Source: Mustelus asterias (lineage: Eukaryota). From it: a stretch of DNA of 64,000 nt. The DNA lies in assembly GCF_964213995.1 (NCBI RefSeq), contig NC_135802.1:107012001-107076000 (forward strand). Direction: 5' to 3'. This document shows positions 39,283 to 51,200 of this stretch, piece after piece. The notes beneath the pieces were generated by a model. That model was not told where the DNA came from. It did no database searches and saw nothing but the letters and a program-made list of their open reading frames with translations. Both the position numbers and the translations under genes were made by a program. Within the stretch, counting starts at the first letter, position 1; each line of letters opens with the position of its first letter.

Positions 39283-41082
39283 TGAGCACAAAAACTGGTT
39301 TAAGGATTTTAACGGGACATCGGGAAGCTGTGCTATTGTTACTAAAAGACTAAAAACTTTTCCACTTACCTCTGACTTCTCAGCCGTGCGCTGGTTGTAG
39401 ATATTTACGATTTATGTGTTTTGTTTTTATTTGTGGCGAGAGTCTGTTTCTGTAACTATAATAATAAGTGTTGCCATTGATAAGCAAGGCATGCACAGAA
39501 GTTATCGCCCTGTATGATGATTTTTCAAACAACTGTGGGGGGGAGGGGGGACTTGACAACAATCTTTTAATTGTGCTAATTACCAATTATCAGCTAAGTA
39601 AATCAAACTTTGTAATGTTTAAATACAGATGACCCATGCTGTTAAAATAATTCCAAAATAAGTAACTACCGTATACTGACATGTTAATAGAAGTTAAATG
39701 TGAATATGCTGTAAAGTGTGTTGTTGCATAAAGATATCACAAACCATGAACAGGAACATCAGAACACATGTAAATGTGAAATATTATTGCAAAGACTGAA
39801 GAGTAGAATGTCGGACCTTTTATTCACCGCTGTCGATTCACTTTTAGAAAAATAAGAAAACAAACAAATAGAATTGATTCATTTGGGTTTGCAAAGATGA
39901 AATACTCTCCATGAGGACTCAAATTATGCTCAATCCTATTGCTGCTGCACTGTGTACGTAAACAAAACTTGTGTTTTCATGAAAGATGAATAAAATGTAT
40001 TTGGTCGGAGTCCTTTGAGATAGGTATATGTATATTGTTTTTACTTCATTTTGTGTTCAATTTCTTTTTCCTTACCTTATCTGTTGAGGAAGCTTTCAGC
40101 AAGAATGGTGGGTTTAAAGGCTGGCAATTACCGTTGCAATCTATTTAAATATTACCTAGACGGTCGTAATTTGTCTGGGCTATATAGCAATGGTGCTGTA
40201 ACGTTTGTCGGCTTTTGTTGAGTTTTATGACTTGCTAGTATATCTGGGTTGTTGCTGTCTTGGACGAGTGGTTTCAGTTGAGCGAACAGCCACGAAGACA
40301 GAGGAAGCAGAGCACAGCTCGGATGTAGGAAATTGATTTGCTTTGAACACAATACACTTCAGATCCTTTAATCGGGTAAAATCAGAAGAGTGTGAGGAAT
40401 CGAAAAAAGCAGCAGATAAGACCTTTGGAGACATTTACGATGAAGGTAAGGTCTGTAAGAGGAACGAATGCTAAGGCCTATTATCTTATATTTGGAACTA
40501 ATAGGTAAGGGGTTCTTTCTGGCGACCTTGCATCTAGTATATTTTGAAATGCCAATAGTGCTGTTCGCAATTAGAAGTGAAAGTTACTATTTCGTCTTTT
40601 GCTTGTGGCGGGGAAGAAGAGGAAAAGAAAATCTATCTCTGTAGGCTATGTCATCTGACCAGCTCTTTTCTTCAGACAAACCTTGAACTCGTGATTATTG
40701 CAGTGCAGACAAGTTGCTATGGCTTATCATCACTGGAGTGAATGACATGCATTCAGATCGCGTCAAATTCTGCACAGAGATAATAAAGAACCCGCCATAT
40801 TTAGTGGGGAGCTAACAATTATTCTCGTGCTGAATTTGCAATTAAATCTATTCATTTGAATACAAATCCGGCCTGGAACGCGAAAGCAAAGCTGAAATAC
40901 TTGGGAGATTATTTCAGGGACCCACAATATTGCACGATGAAGGAGTGCCTTTCGTGTTTGGTAAATTGCAATGCGAGGTTGTGACGAGAAGCATCATAAT
41001 GTGACTTTTTTTTCTATTTGAGTAAGCTTGTTGAATCATCCTTATGTGTGTACAGTGATAGGAAACTAAAGAGCTGAGATAG

Positions 41083-41166
41083 AACTGATGTGTGATTTAG
41101 GTAGTTTCATGTTGTTGGGGCTCAAGTCTATCTCTACAACACGAAACTGCCTGAATTACTGCAGTT
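41083..41166 (+). ncRNA. mir-196: mir-196 precursor hairpin (HoxA-linked locus, positional orthologue of mir-196b); mature 5p at 41098-41119
   Basis: TAGGTAGTTTCATGTTGTTGGG is the mature miR-196 sequence. The 3' arm CTACAACACGAAACTGCCTGAA (about 41134-41155) pairs with it, and AACTG/CAGTT closes the base. It sits in the canonical position between Hox10 and Hox9. Confidence 0.97.
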
Positions 41167-44100
41167 ATCGTCTTCGCCAGTGAGTTCTGTCGCTGGTTTG
41201 GAAAAAAAACCGCAGTTACTCAATAACCACGAATAAGTAAAATGCTTTGGTTTCATATCGCCAACAAAAAGTGCCATGTTTTGTGACAGGAATAGCAATG
41301 TTTTATAAAAGGAAATAACCATTGTTTCATAGACAAGTCTTTCTTTTCAATTAATACAACTTTGTAATTTTATTTGAAGAGCAGTGTGCCTTCTATACTT
41401 TGCGAGCAAACACTGGAGCATGCATTGTTAACGTTCAGATTGGGATTTTATAAATGTAATGTTTCACATTAGATTTGCTCATTTTCATCTCGAAGAACGA
41501 TCAAGTTCACGTTTAAATTAAATATGATCATTTTCAGATTTCCTTGCAGTATATATGTGCTGCTGAATTATGAGTTGAAAACATCGATGTAGGTCGGCAC
41601 AATTCTACTGAAAATAATTGCAATTTGATCTACCCGGCAGCGTAATCCATGCATTGCAGATTGCGTTCTTTGTTAATGATAAATATTTCATTATTATGCT
41701 AACATCGACTAAACGGAACATGCTTCTTGGTGCATTTTGTATATAGCTGATCTTATAATTCCCGATGAAAATCGAAATAAAAAGGGACGGCGCCAAGTGA
41801 TTTAGGGGACACGTTTTAAACCTATGTATTCTACCATGTGCAAGACAAAGAAATTACTTGAAAGCACAAGGCCTCGGTTATGATCATTGCATGGCGCCTA
41901 GGCGCGTAAATTTGTGTTGTTCTTCGAAACAGCGACCTCGGCGGAATGTAGTGGAAACGCTGCTCGGTCGGCGGCTCCTGCCTCTGCAGGAAACTAGACT
42001 AAACACAGAAAGCAGACTTGTCCCATTATATTGGCCGTTTAGAGGAGACAAACAGAAGCTTTAATCTAAGCAAAGCAAGTAAACAAACACCATGGCACTT
42101 TATTCTGTTGGTCTAGTTATTCGAGTTGCGCGGCCGATTGGAATTACACCATTTTAAATTTCTGAATCCAAATGATTGCACAACATAGACATTGCAACAG
42201 GATAGATTTTGTGCCATTTTACGAATGCAGCATCAAATTAATTTCACACGACATATACATGTTAACCTTATCATGGTAGACTTAACGCAACGGATTAACT
42301 GAGAGAATGCAAGGCTTTTAAAAATAGGAAATGCAATTCAATACAATTTTCCACGCCTCCATGTAACCGTTTATTTTTTTAATGAAATAACCAGCAAGCA
42401 TTTGATTCAAATAAAATGTATGAAATCTCATACACAATATTAAATTACACCATTCCCTTTATTTGTTCTTTCAGTGTAACTCCTGTTGTAGAAGCAGACG
42501 GAGTTAAAAAAAACAAATAACTTGATTTTTTTTCTCTTCAGTGCAATACAAAATAATATCGTCTGAAAAATGTGCGCTGTTGTACACTCGAGCCGTGATA
42601 CTATCCCGATATGACTGCACCGCCTGAAAACTATCTCCGGCATGGTTTAAAGATTCTCAAAGCTAAAGCACAGTCAAGTTTGTGCTATTCAAAGCACCAC
42701 TGCTGCTAATAGCCAGGCCCTCTATAAAATGCAATTCAGCTCAGCCTTTTAGCTTCACGACTTTGCTTGCTTTCATTTGCAGGGTGTAGACATACGATAC
42801 ATTTTGGCAAGAAATGGGAAACATTTCTATAAATATTACATTTCTGTGTAATTGCGTATTTCATTTTATTTGGACGCCATTATTGAAAGAGTAGCCTTTC
42901 TCAATTCAAATATACGTCGATTATGTGTAGGTGCATGCATTTCCTCCGCCTTTTCAGACATCTAATACTCAAAGTTTAAAATGTTTAGTTCAAAATCATT
43001 CTGCTTACACCTTCAGAAATGTTTTTTTTTGTTTTCTTGTTGCTCGCAAAAGCTTTGCCGGGACTAATATGACTGATCGACTTAAAATAAAACAGAAGCC
43101 ACAGAAAAATTGTACTTTCATTCTTTAATGTTAAACTAGAGATTATCTTCTATAAGCCTGTGCATGCGGTCCATTTGCACAGTTTTACATGAAGGATTTA
43201 ATTTCCAACTGATGCGGATGAACTAAAACGTGCTTCAATCTTTCGTAAACAAGGAACAGTCAACATAAGGTTTGGTATTTGAGATTGCCGTCAGTCATGA
43301 CTTTCCTGAAATTTAAACCTTTGAGTGTGGCCACGGGACCGGCTCGGCCAGTTTTGAAAGTTCTCCTGCGGATGTCTCCAGGATTTGGTTAGTCTGATTT
43401 TATGTTTTATTTTAAGCCTTTGCCAAATTATCTGTTATACGGCAATTACACTCGAAAATGATGAAAGCTCTTTGAACACGTTGTCGTCATTGCACACTGC
43501 GTGCCCACAAATTGGCTTTGCAACTTCACACAGATGTTATCTGAACGGAAATAAAGGCGTCAGCCTTTATTCTAAATAATACAACGAGAATTGCAGATAA
43601 AAAAAATCACATATCGAATGTCGTTACTACCTTGAAATTTTTATCGTCCGATCTTACCCCAGTTTATTCATATTTTGAAACTTTTATTTGTGACATATTT
43701 TGTCCAGTTTTTTTCTGACTACAAGGTGTACTCAATGAATATCCCACATGGTTGGATAATTCCGGACAGCATTAAACAAACTTTGGGAGTGGATGTGAGT
43801 ACCATATTTTGAAGGAATTTTAACTGCTGTATCAATTGCAGGGATTAATAAAGCATTTGACGTTCCAAGCATAACTCTCAAGGAAAAATGACCGACTCCA
43901 AACAACACAAAAAGCAGTCTCTCTTTATTCCATTCGCCTTGCTGCAGAGTGAAAATAGGAGATTCCGCTACCCCAGCATACGTCTTCAAATTAGAATGGA
44001 GGAATTATTGTATTTTTGTCGATTGTCGAATAACCTTTGTATGATGATACTAATTTCATGTGAGACCTTTGGTGAATTGTATCCACGCATGTAAAGGATC

Positions 44101-46539
44101 TTTTTTTCTCTCTGTTTAGTTCTTACATTGCCCAGCCCTAAAGCTGCAATTTGCAAGGAGCCTGCGAGCTTCCTGTGCCGAATTTCCAAACAAAAGTCTA
44201 AACCGGACAGCGCACTATAATTCGTAACTATCCTTTTTGGTGAAAACAGTTGATCCAATTGAGACTCCGAATCCACAGTGCTAATTGTGGCCAATTCGAC
44301 TATATCATTTAAAATCATACATTTCGTACAAAACTACAAATGTTTAGGTATCGCAACAAGACGCGATACATTCCAAGGTTGTGGGTGAATTCTTTCAGGC
44401 GCTTAAATGGTGGGTTGTTTTTATATATTTTCTTAGCATAAATAGAGCTAAATTCCAATTACAGGAACCGCTCTTTAAAGCGAGTTGCAATTTCAGAGCG
44501 CCTTAGATTCACCTTGCAAATATGGAATCAACATTTGAATTCTAATTCCAGGCCATCTGCACAGGAAAGACAGAAAGGTTTTCTTTCTGAGGCTCAACAC
44601 TGGACTTGAATGGTTCTCGATTTTGCTCTAGACCTCAGCACTCCGCCTGTGTCGCTGTAATACTCCGCTGACCAGAAATTCAGTGCTGGCTCACAGGCGA
44701 CAGACTGAATCTTCCCTTCCCCGTGAGGAATGCACAGAAATCTAAAGAAAAATTGGGATAAAGGGAACCCAAACCTCGAGAAAGGGAAGTTTTATTTCAG
44801 CTAGCTGTACAGGTTTTCGACTGAGGGCTTATACAGCCAGCGGATGCTGGTGGAAACGCAAGCGCCTCACGACGACGCCAGCACTTTGGTTTAATGTGGG
44901 ATCTGATAATTGTCTTTGTTTAATGGGTATTTCTATGTTATCTGATCCACGCAACAGCTCAGGTACTTCGCCATCATTTTGGAGATAGACCTTTTTTATT
45001 TTAGCCTGTTGCTAGCGTCGTGATGCGCCGTAGGTTTTTTTTAAATTAAGCTTGGTTGAAGCAGAAATGAACAAAGTACTTGCATATGTAGGTTGTAAAA
45101 TAACAACAAAGAAATATAAAACAGGCATTAAAACACCAAGCCTCGTTTGAAAACCTACGTCAGCCAGATAACACATTACTGGTTGCCTTCAAGGATCTAA
45201 GCGTTTCAAAAACTGGGATAAGTTGCATTTGATTAAAATGACGATTGTCAATCTTCCTTCGGAATCTGAATTACTGCTAACATTAAATATGTACCAGAAA
45301 GAGCAGCCCAAAAAGGAAACACTACCCAATATAACATTCCGAGAAACCCCTGAAATCATATAAACAAACGCACGGGAGCCTAAATCTTTCACGTCAAATG
45401 AAACATTTCATATTAAAATAGCATTGGTAAATTATGCTCACTGAAAAATGGCAACAAAATACATCATTGGCGTATTTATGGGTTGTTTCAACATTTTAAA
45501 AATTACTTTTATATAAAAATATTTTGGAAATGCATTTACTTTGAAACTATGCCGTGATAAACCACGGTGTTGGCATTCTAAACTCACATCCTGCCTGTTA
45601 ATTTTATTATAGCTAAGTAAAATCACCCATTCGCTGTACATATTTATATCCAGTGTGCGTGTGGGAAAGAGGCCTACTAAGTTTTTAGGACGCAGTAATT
45701 GGTTGCACATATAATGTTTAATAGGCCGATAACACTGTAATAAGGATGCCTTCTTACTCCATTGAAATACGACTCTTATGTTTTACATCTGTTTATATAT
45801 CTAACTGTTTGCTTTTATTTGCTATTGAAAGGAATGTATCTTAACCATCTAACAGATTGAGTTTCCGAATACCGTCGGTGCGGGGAAGCTTTTCCACCAA
45901 CTCGCCACAGAATCCGCCAGCGAGTGACGGATATAAAAATAAATACTCTAATCCGAAGAGAAAGACGGTAGAATTGTCCGATCTCCTAAGAAATGTATTT
46001 TGTCCGTGCGAATCTGTCAACTTAAATAGCGCGTTGAATGCGGAAGTTGTACTTTGTTATGGTTTATTTGAGGTAAAGGGCCTTTTTGGAATGGCTCTAG
46101 TTTGCTAACGTGTAGTTTTATTGCTGAGACTGTTATAAAACGGAGATTGCCACCGTGTGTTTTATGTGCGCCCCATTTTCGAAAATGAAAGATCTCTACC
46201 AGATGCAGGTACACCCGGCCACTTTTCAGAGGTACGCTTTAAAAGTTCGTTAACGATTTTTATTTGTTAAGAATGCGTTTTTAATTTTACTAAGCATGAA
46301 TAATAAATACCTGTCCAATCTCTTCCTTCGTTGTTTTTTCCCCCTGCAGTTTATAGTTTCACTCTTTCCATAATCTTTTATGTGAAGGTTAACGATTATA
46401 AGGTGTTCGTTAAAAAAAACGAGCATCTGATGGGAAGATTGATTATGATATAAAATAGTCCCCTAAAAAAGAACTGCAACGGAATACTTTTTACATCTCA
46501 GCTGGCAACAAAGAAATCAACTTCCATATATAGAGGTGA

Positions 46540-46791
46540 TTATATCCCTTTGCATAAAAAAACATACGGAGTTGCTATATAAAATTATCTCTATAAAAGA
46601 TTGACCCTGTTACAAGCTGCGGATTGATTTATATTTTATTGTTGTTTTTTGAATCACGTGAGTAACTGATCCAATGGCGTGGAAGTGCGTCTGCACCATA
46701 TTAGCAGAGTGTACTTGTCGCGGCGGTAAGTTGTTACACTGAAATCTGCTCTTTCATATTTTCAGAGGCGCTTGCTGTGTCATTGGCGAGA
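46540..46791 (+). promoter_or_regulatory. HoxA9 proximal promoter / 5' leader
   Basis: Hox/Cdx-type ATAAAA motifs, PBX-HOX-like TGATTTAT (46625-46632), CACGTG (46655-46660) and CCAAT (46671-46675), then the leader CTGAAATCTGC before the ATG. Confidence 0.65.
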
Positions 46792-47332
46792 ATGTCGACA
46801 TCAGGGACTATCAGCAATTATTATGTCGACTCCCTTATAATGCATGAGAACGATGATCTGCTGTCGTCCAGATATGCCTCGGGTCCACTGGCTCAGTCCT
46901 CCAGGCAGGCAGCCCTGGCTGAGCACCCAGACTTCACCCCATGCAACTTCCAGTCCAAAGCCACAGTGTTCAGCACCTCCTGGAGCCCGGTTCATGCTCA
47001 GAGCTCTGCCAATATGCCCACTGTTTATCACCCATACATGCACCAGGCTCCCATTGCCGCCGCACCCGATGGTAGGTACATGCGTTCCTGGCTAGATCCC
47101 ATGCCGGGGACCCTGTCTTTCACCGGGTTACCTTCCAGTAGACACTACGGCATCAAGCCCGAGCCTGTAGCTGCCCGCAGGAGTGACTGCACCACGTTTG
47201 AAACACACACGCTAGCCCTCTCAGAATATACTTGTGGAACTTCTCCTGGAGACAAACGTATGAGTGAGGTGTCCTTTTCAGAAAATAATGGAGAGGTTGA
47301 ATCTAACGCAGATAAGCTACACATGGATCCAA
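46792..47332 (+). CDS. HoxA9: Homeobox protein Hox-A9, exon 1 (CDS join 46792..47332,47989..48230; 260 aa)
   Basis: MSTSGTISNYYVDSLI, DGRYMRSWL and RHYGIKPEP are PG9 motifs. Donor CCAA|GTAAGT at 47333, phase 1. Confidence 0.96.
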
Positions 47333-47988
47333 GTAAGTGTGGAAACCCCACGTTTTTGTATTACCTTTCGAGATAAGGATTATGAATTCAAACTGTTTTA
47401 TATCCATTCCATTGTCTGCGTTACATAGCGAAATACAAACGCCGAGGTCTGTATTCAGTTTTGCGGTTTTTAAGAATTACATAGTACTTTTGAAATATGT
47501 GATTAAGGTTTATGCTGTACATTTCCGGCACTGCAATGACTATCAATCGGGTATGTACTGAATATTCCATTCATTATGGAAAAAAAGGGGAGATTGTGTA
47601 ATTGCTCACTCTGCAATTCAAGTGTATTTGTTTCAAATAAATGTGATCGCGATAAGACTCGTGGATAAACAAATAATGCACTCAATATGCAACACAGACA
47701 GACCACATATTGCTTTGGATTGCATATGTCCGATTTACAGATCGCCACAATATCAGATCTTTTCTAACTCATTTTCATTGCCCTATTCATATAGTTTGTT
47801 CATTGAGCAAGACGCTGGGTGTAAGAGTGGAAACAAACATAAAAGTGTAGCAACCAACTTCATTAATCCAGTGCTGCATCATCCATCCTCTTTTATCTGT
47901 AACGGTGTTTTGATTCTGAGAATGTTACAACATTTTGTCTAACTTGGAGAGGGGAATTATATTAAATGTGTTTCCTTCACAATTCCAG

Positions 47989-48230
47989 ATAACCCATCCG
48001 CCAATTGGCTGCATGCAAGGTCTACCAGAAAAAAACGCTGTCCTTACACCAAACATCAGACCCTGGAGCTGGAAAAGGAATTCTTGTTTAATATGTACCT
48101 CACAAGAGACCGCAGATATGAGGTCGCCAGGGTCCTTAACCTTACCGAACGGCAAGTTAAAATCTGGTTTCAGAACAGGAGGATGAAGATGAAAAAAATC
48201 AACAAGGAACGACCTAAAGATGACCGGTGA
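47989..48230 (+). CDS. HoxA9: Hox-A9, exon 2 (homeodomain)
   Basis: Acceptor aattccag| ends at 47988. Encodes [79 protein letters not shown], stop TGA at 48228-48230. This frame is absent from the ORF track. Confidence 0.97.
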
Positions 48231-51200
48231 CACACGAGTTAGAATATTTCTGAGAGAAAAAAAAGACTCATTCACAATTACAATCGAAATAGGCCCTACT
48301 TCAGAAAGACTATTATGTACATTTTGTCATGCCATTAGCACAAATTATTCCTTTGCCAGTTCTGGACTGCATATGGTGGGTAAAATGACTGATACACTTG
48401 TTAGTTGGGAACCAAAGAGGGAGACATTTACGGCAAGGTTAAGTATGTGGCTACGGAATCTACCTTACTTTACATGAAAACTACCTTTTCTTAATCCACC
48501 ACAACTCAGTGTGGACAGTAATTCAGTAATACTGTACTAGTTTAATATTTACTTGTTTTACATGCAGCAAACCAAGCTGTCTATATACTTGAATCCTTGT
48601 GTCCATTGTTGTGATTATCTCTGTGACTGGGCCTTTGTGCTTGGGCGGTGTCCGAGTAAAGATCGTGTAAACAAACAAAAGAAAAATCTCAATTTAACTC
48701 AGGATGTTTAATATAAAGATAACAGGCTGTGTAGTGCATATGAAATGTTATTTTCGTGGTGAACTTGGAACATATACTGTATTATTTTCACTGTGAATGA
48801 ACCTGTAGAAACTCCAGGCTTTATGCTGTCCTTTGTGAGACTGAGTAACGGCCTTGCCCGGGGTGCATGACGATTGTGTTGTTCTTCAGAAATTATATGA
48901 AACTGATTTGCATAGAATGCTAATATAAGTTGTATTTCAAAGAGCAGCGCTGAGCATACTGCTACACGATACTCTTGTCTGTTGTGGAAAATAAAAGCAC
49001 GAATAAAGTTCTCAGACACTTTGTATTTATCGGTGTTGTGGTGCAAAGAAAAGTGTAAAATTTGGTTTAAAACTACCTATATGTATAACTAGTAACTACC
49101 TATGTTTTGTGTGTAACTGTCACCCTTAAAAATTGTTTTGACGCATTTATGCGATGGAATAAACAAACAATATTGTCAATAAATGTAATGTGTACAAGGA
49201 AAAAATCTGGGTGCAATAGAAAGAACATATACCACTAATGTGTTTTAAATGGGGGTTATCTTTAGACCTGTAGAGCTAACACATTTACACTTGTGTACAC
49301 GTTTGAAATGATTACCTCGTGTCATATTGACCAAACTATACTGTTTGTAATGAAATGTCATTTTATTTGTTGTCTAATAAAATATATGTTTGACTACATA
49401 TAAAATATGCTCTTTGTCTCTGAATCTCAATGTCTGGAACTCCACGATTACATTCGCATTTCACCATCAATGTTGGATATTCTAAACTCACTCGTACTGA
49501 GCGGAACTATATTCAAAATATAAACAAGCTCCGCTTATAGCATTTTAAATACTGTACACGAATTAACTTTCAGGCGAACAGCAGAGTTAATGAAATAAAG
49601 TTTGTCACATTCATGTAAATAATCCTATGTCTTTACTCGCATTAACAGAATGTCGCCAATATCAACCCCAACTAATTTGCAACACTTTGCCGATGTTGCT
49701 GAAAATCCACTTTTGGATTTTACCCCAAGTTCTGACATTGAAAACGCAGCTCAAAGTTTGGATATTCCTTAATAAATAACGTTTGGATTTTCCTTAATAA
49801 ATCCTTAATAAACGAATGTTATCACCACAGCTGACATGACATGACTTAACAGGGGTAACTAAAATTAGAATGAGATTGGGGTTTCTGAAAAAAGGGGAAG
49901 AAAATAGAAAGTGTGATCGTAGAACGTTGGCTGGGAAGCGGATCTGATGACAAAGATCCTGCATGCGTTTGAGCTTAACGCCCAGTTATCACCAATTAAC
50001 CCGAGAACGTGCAAAAAAAACTGTGCATTAACAACTTTTATCTGTGGTCTGGCCATGCGCCAAGGCCGTTGGTTATTTATATGATTTGTTATGTGCGACT
50101 TATCCAAGTAATGCAGCATTCAGCTGGAAGTGGAAATGAATAATCTTGAGGTGCTTGCCCGTGTGAAGATCTCCAAATGTTTTGGGATTTCATCGCATTA
50201 TAAAGAGGTAAATAATTCGAAACATTCGCAATGGCACAGCTCCCTGCCGCCATTTCTTTAACTAGTCAACACAAAGGGGTCGGATCCTTAGGAAGTAATG
50301 TATATTAGTCTAAGGCGCCCTACCGCTAACAAAAAAAGTTGTGTACGACTTGGCTATTTATGCAACTTCCTTTCCAACTGTAAGATCCCTAGTAACTTTT
50401 TTAAGGCTCCGAAGACAGTTTGGATAGATTTAGTGGAATGCAACTGATTTGGAAACTGGGCAGAGAGGCCCATGTAGTTAGAAGTCTTGGCAGTGGCTGT
50501 CGTTAGTAAAATCCAGAGTGGTGTACCGCAATAAAAGAAAATGACTGCTGTAAGCGTTTATGGGGTGTAAAACGCTGGAGGTTAAGGGCCGAAGTGCATA
50601 AACACGACACCGAGTATTCTTCAGTATCTGGCAGCAAACACTCGCACAGGGTTGCAGTCATTATTTTTTATTATTAGGCTATGAAACAGTTGTTAAATTG
50701 AACTTCTATTTTTAATTTTTTAGTGTTCAGTCTGAAGGGTTATAATGTTGTGACGCCCTCTGTTGTTGCAGATGGAACTTCAAAGGCTAAACAGGGAGAC
50801 TTGCAATAAAATGAAGGGTCTGGCAAGCCGTCTGGAATTCGGGTTTTAATGAGTTTACAACTGTCCAGCTACAATCAGTATTTTTCCAGAGAAGGCGATC
50901 CATTTGTTTTGTCTGGCTGCCTAGACAAAAGGGTCTGCGGAAATAACGACCTTTATTAGTCTCGTCCTTAACGTGGGCCCTTCAAATATCTCTTTACTAA
51001 TTTATTGCGTCTAGTGGAAAGGTAACAGATCTTTAGTTATTTTGAAACGTGGTTTGGCGCGCTTTGAAATTAAGCTTGATAGTCATAAGAAAAAAAAAAG
51101 TCAAACTAGATATAGGTATCAGTTTCCGGACAGCGCGAAAAAAGGTTTTTGTGCATTCTGACAGCGATTTCTTGGTTGCAGTTTTCATTCATGGTCAGGA

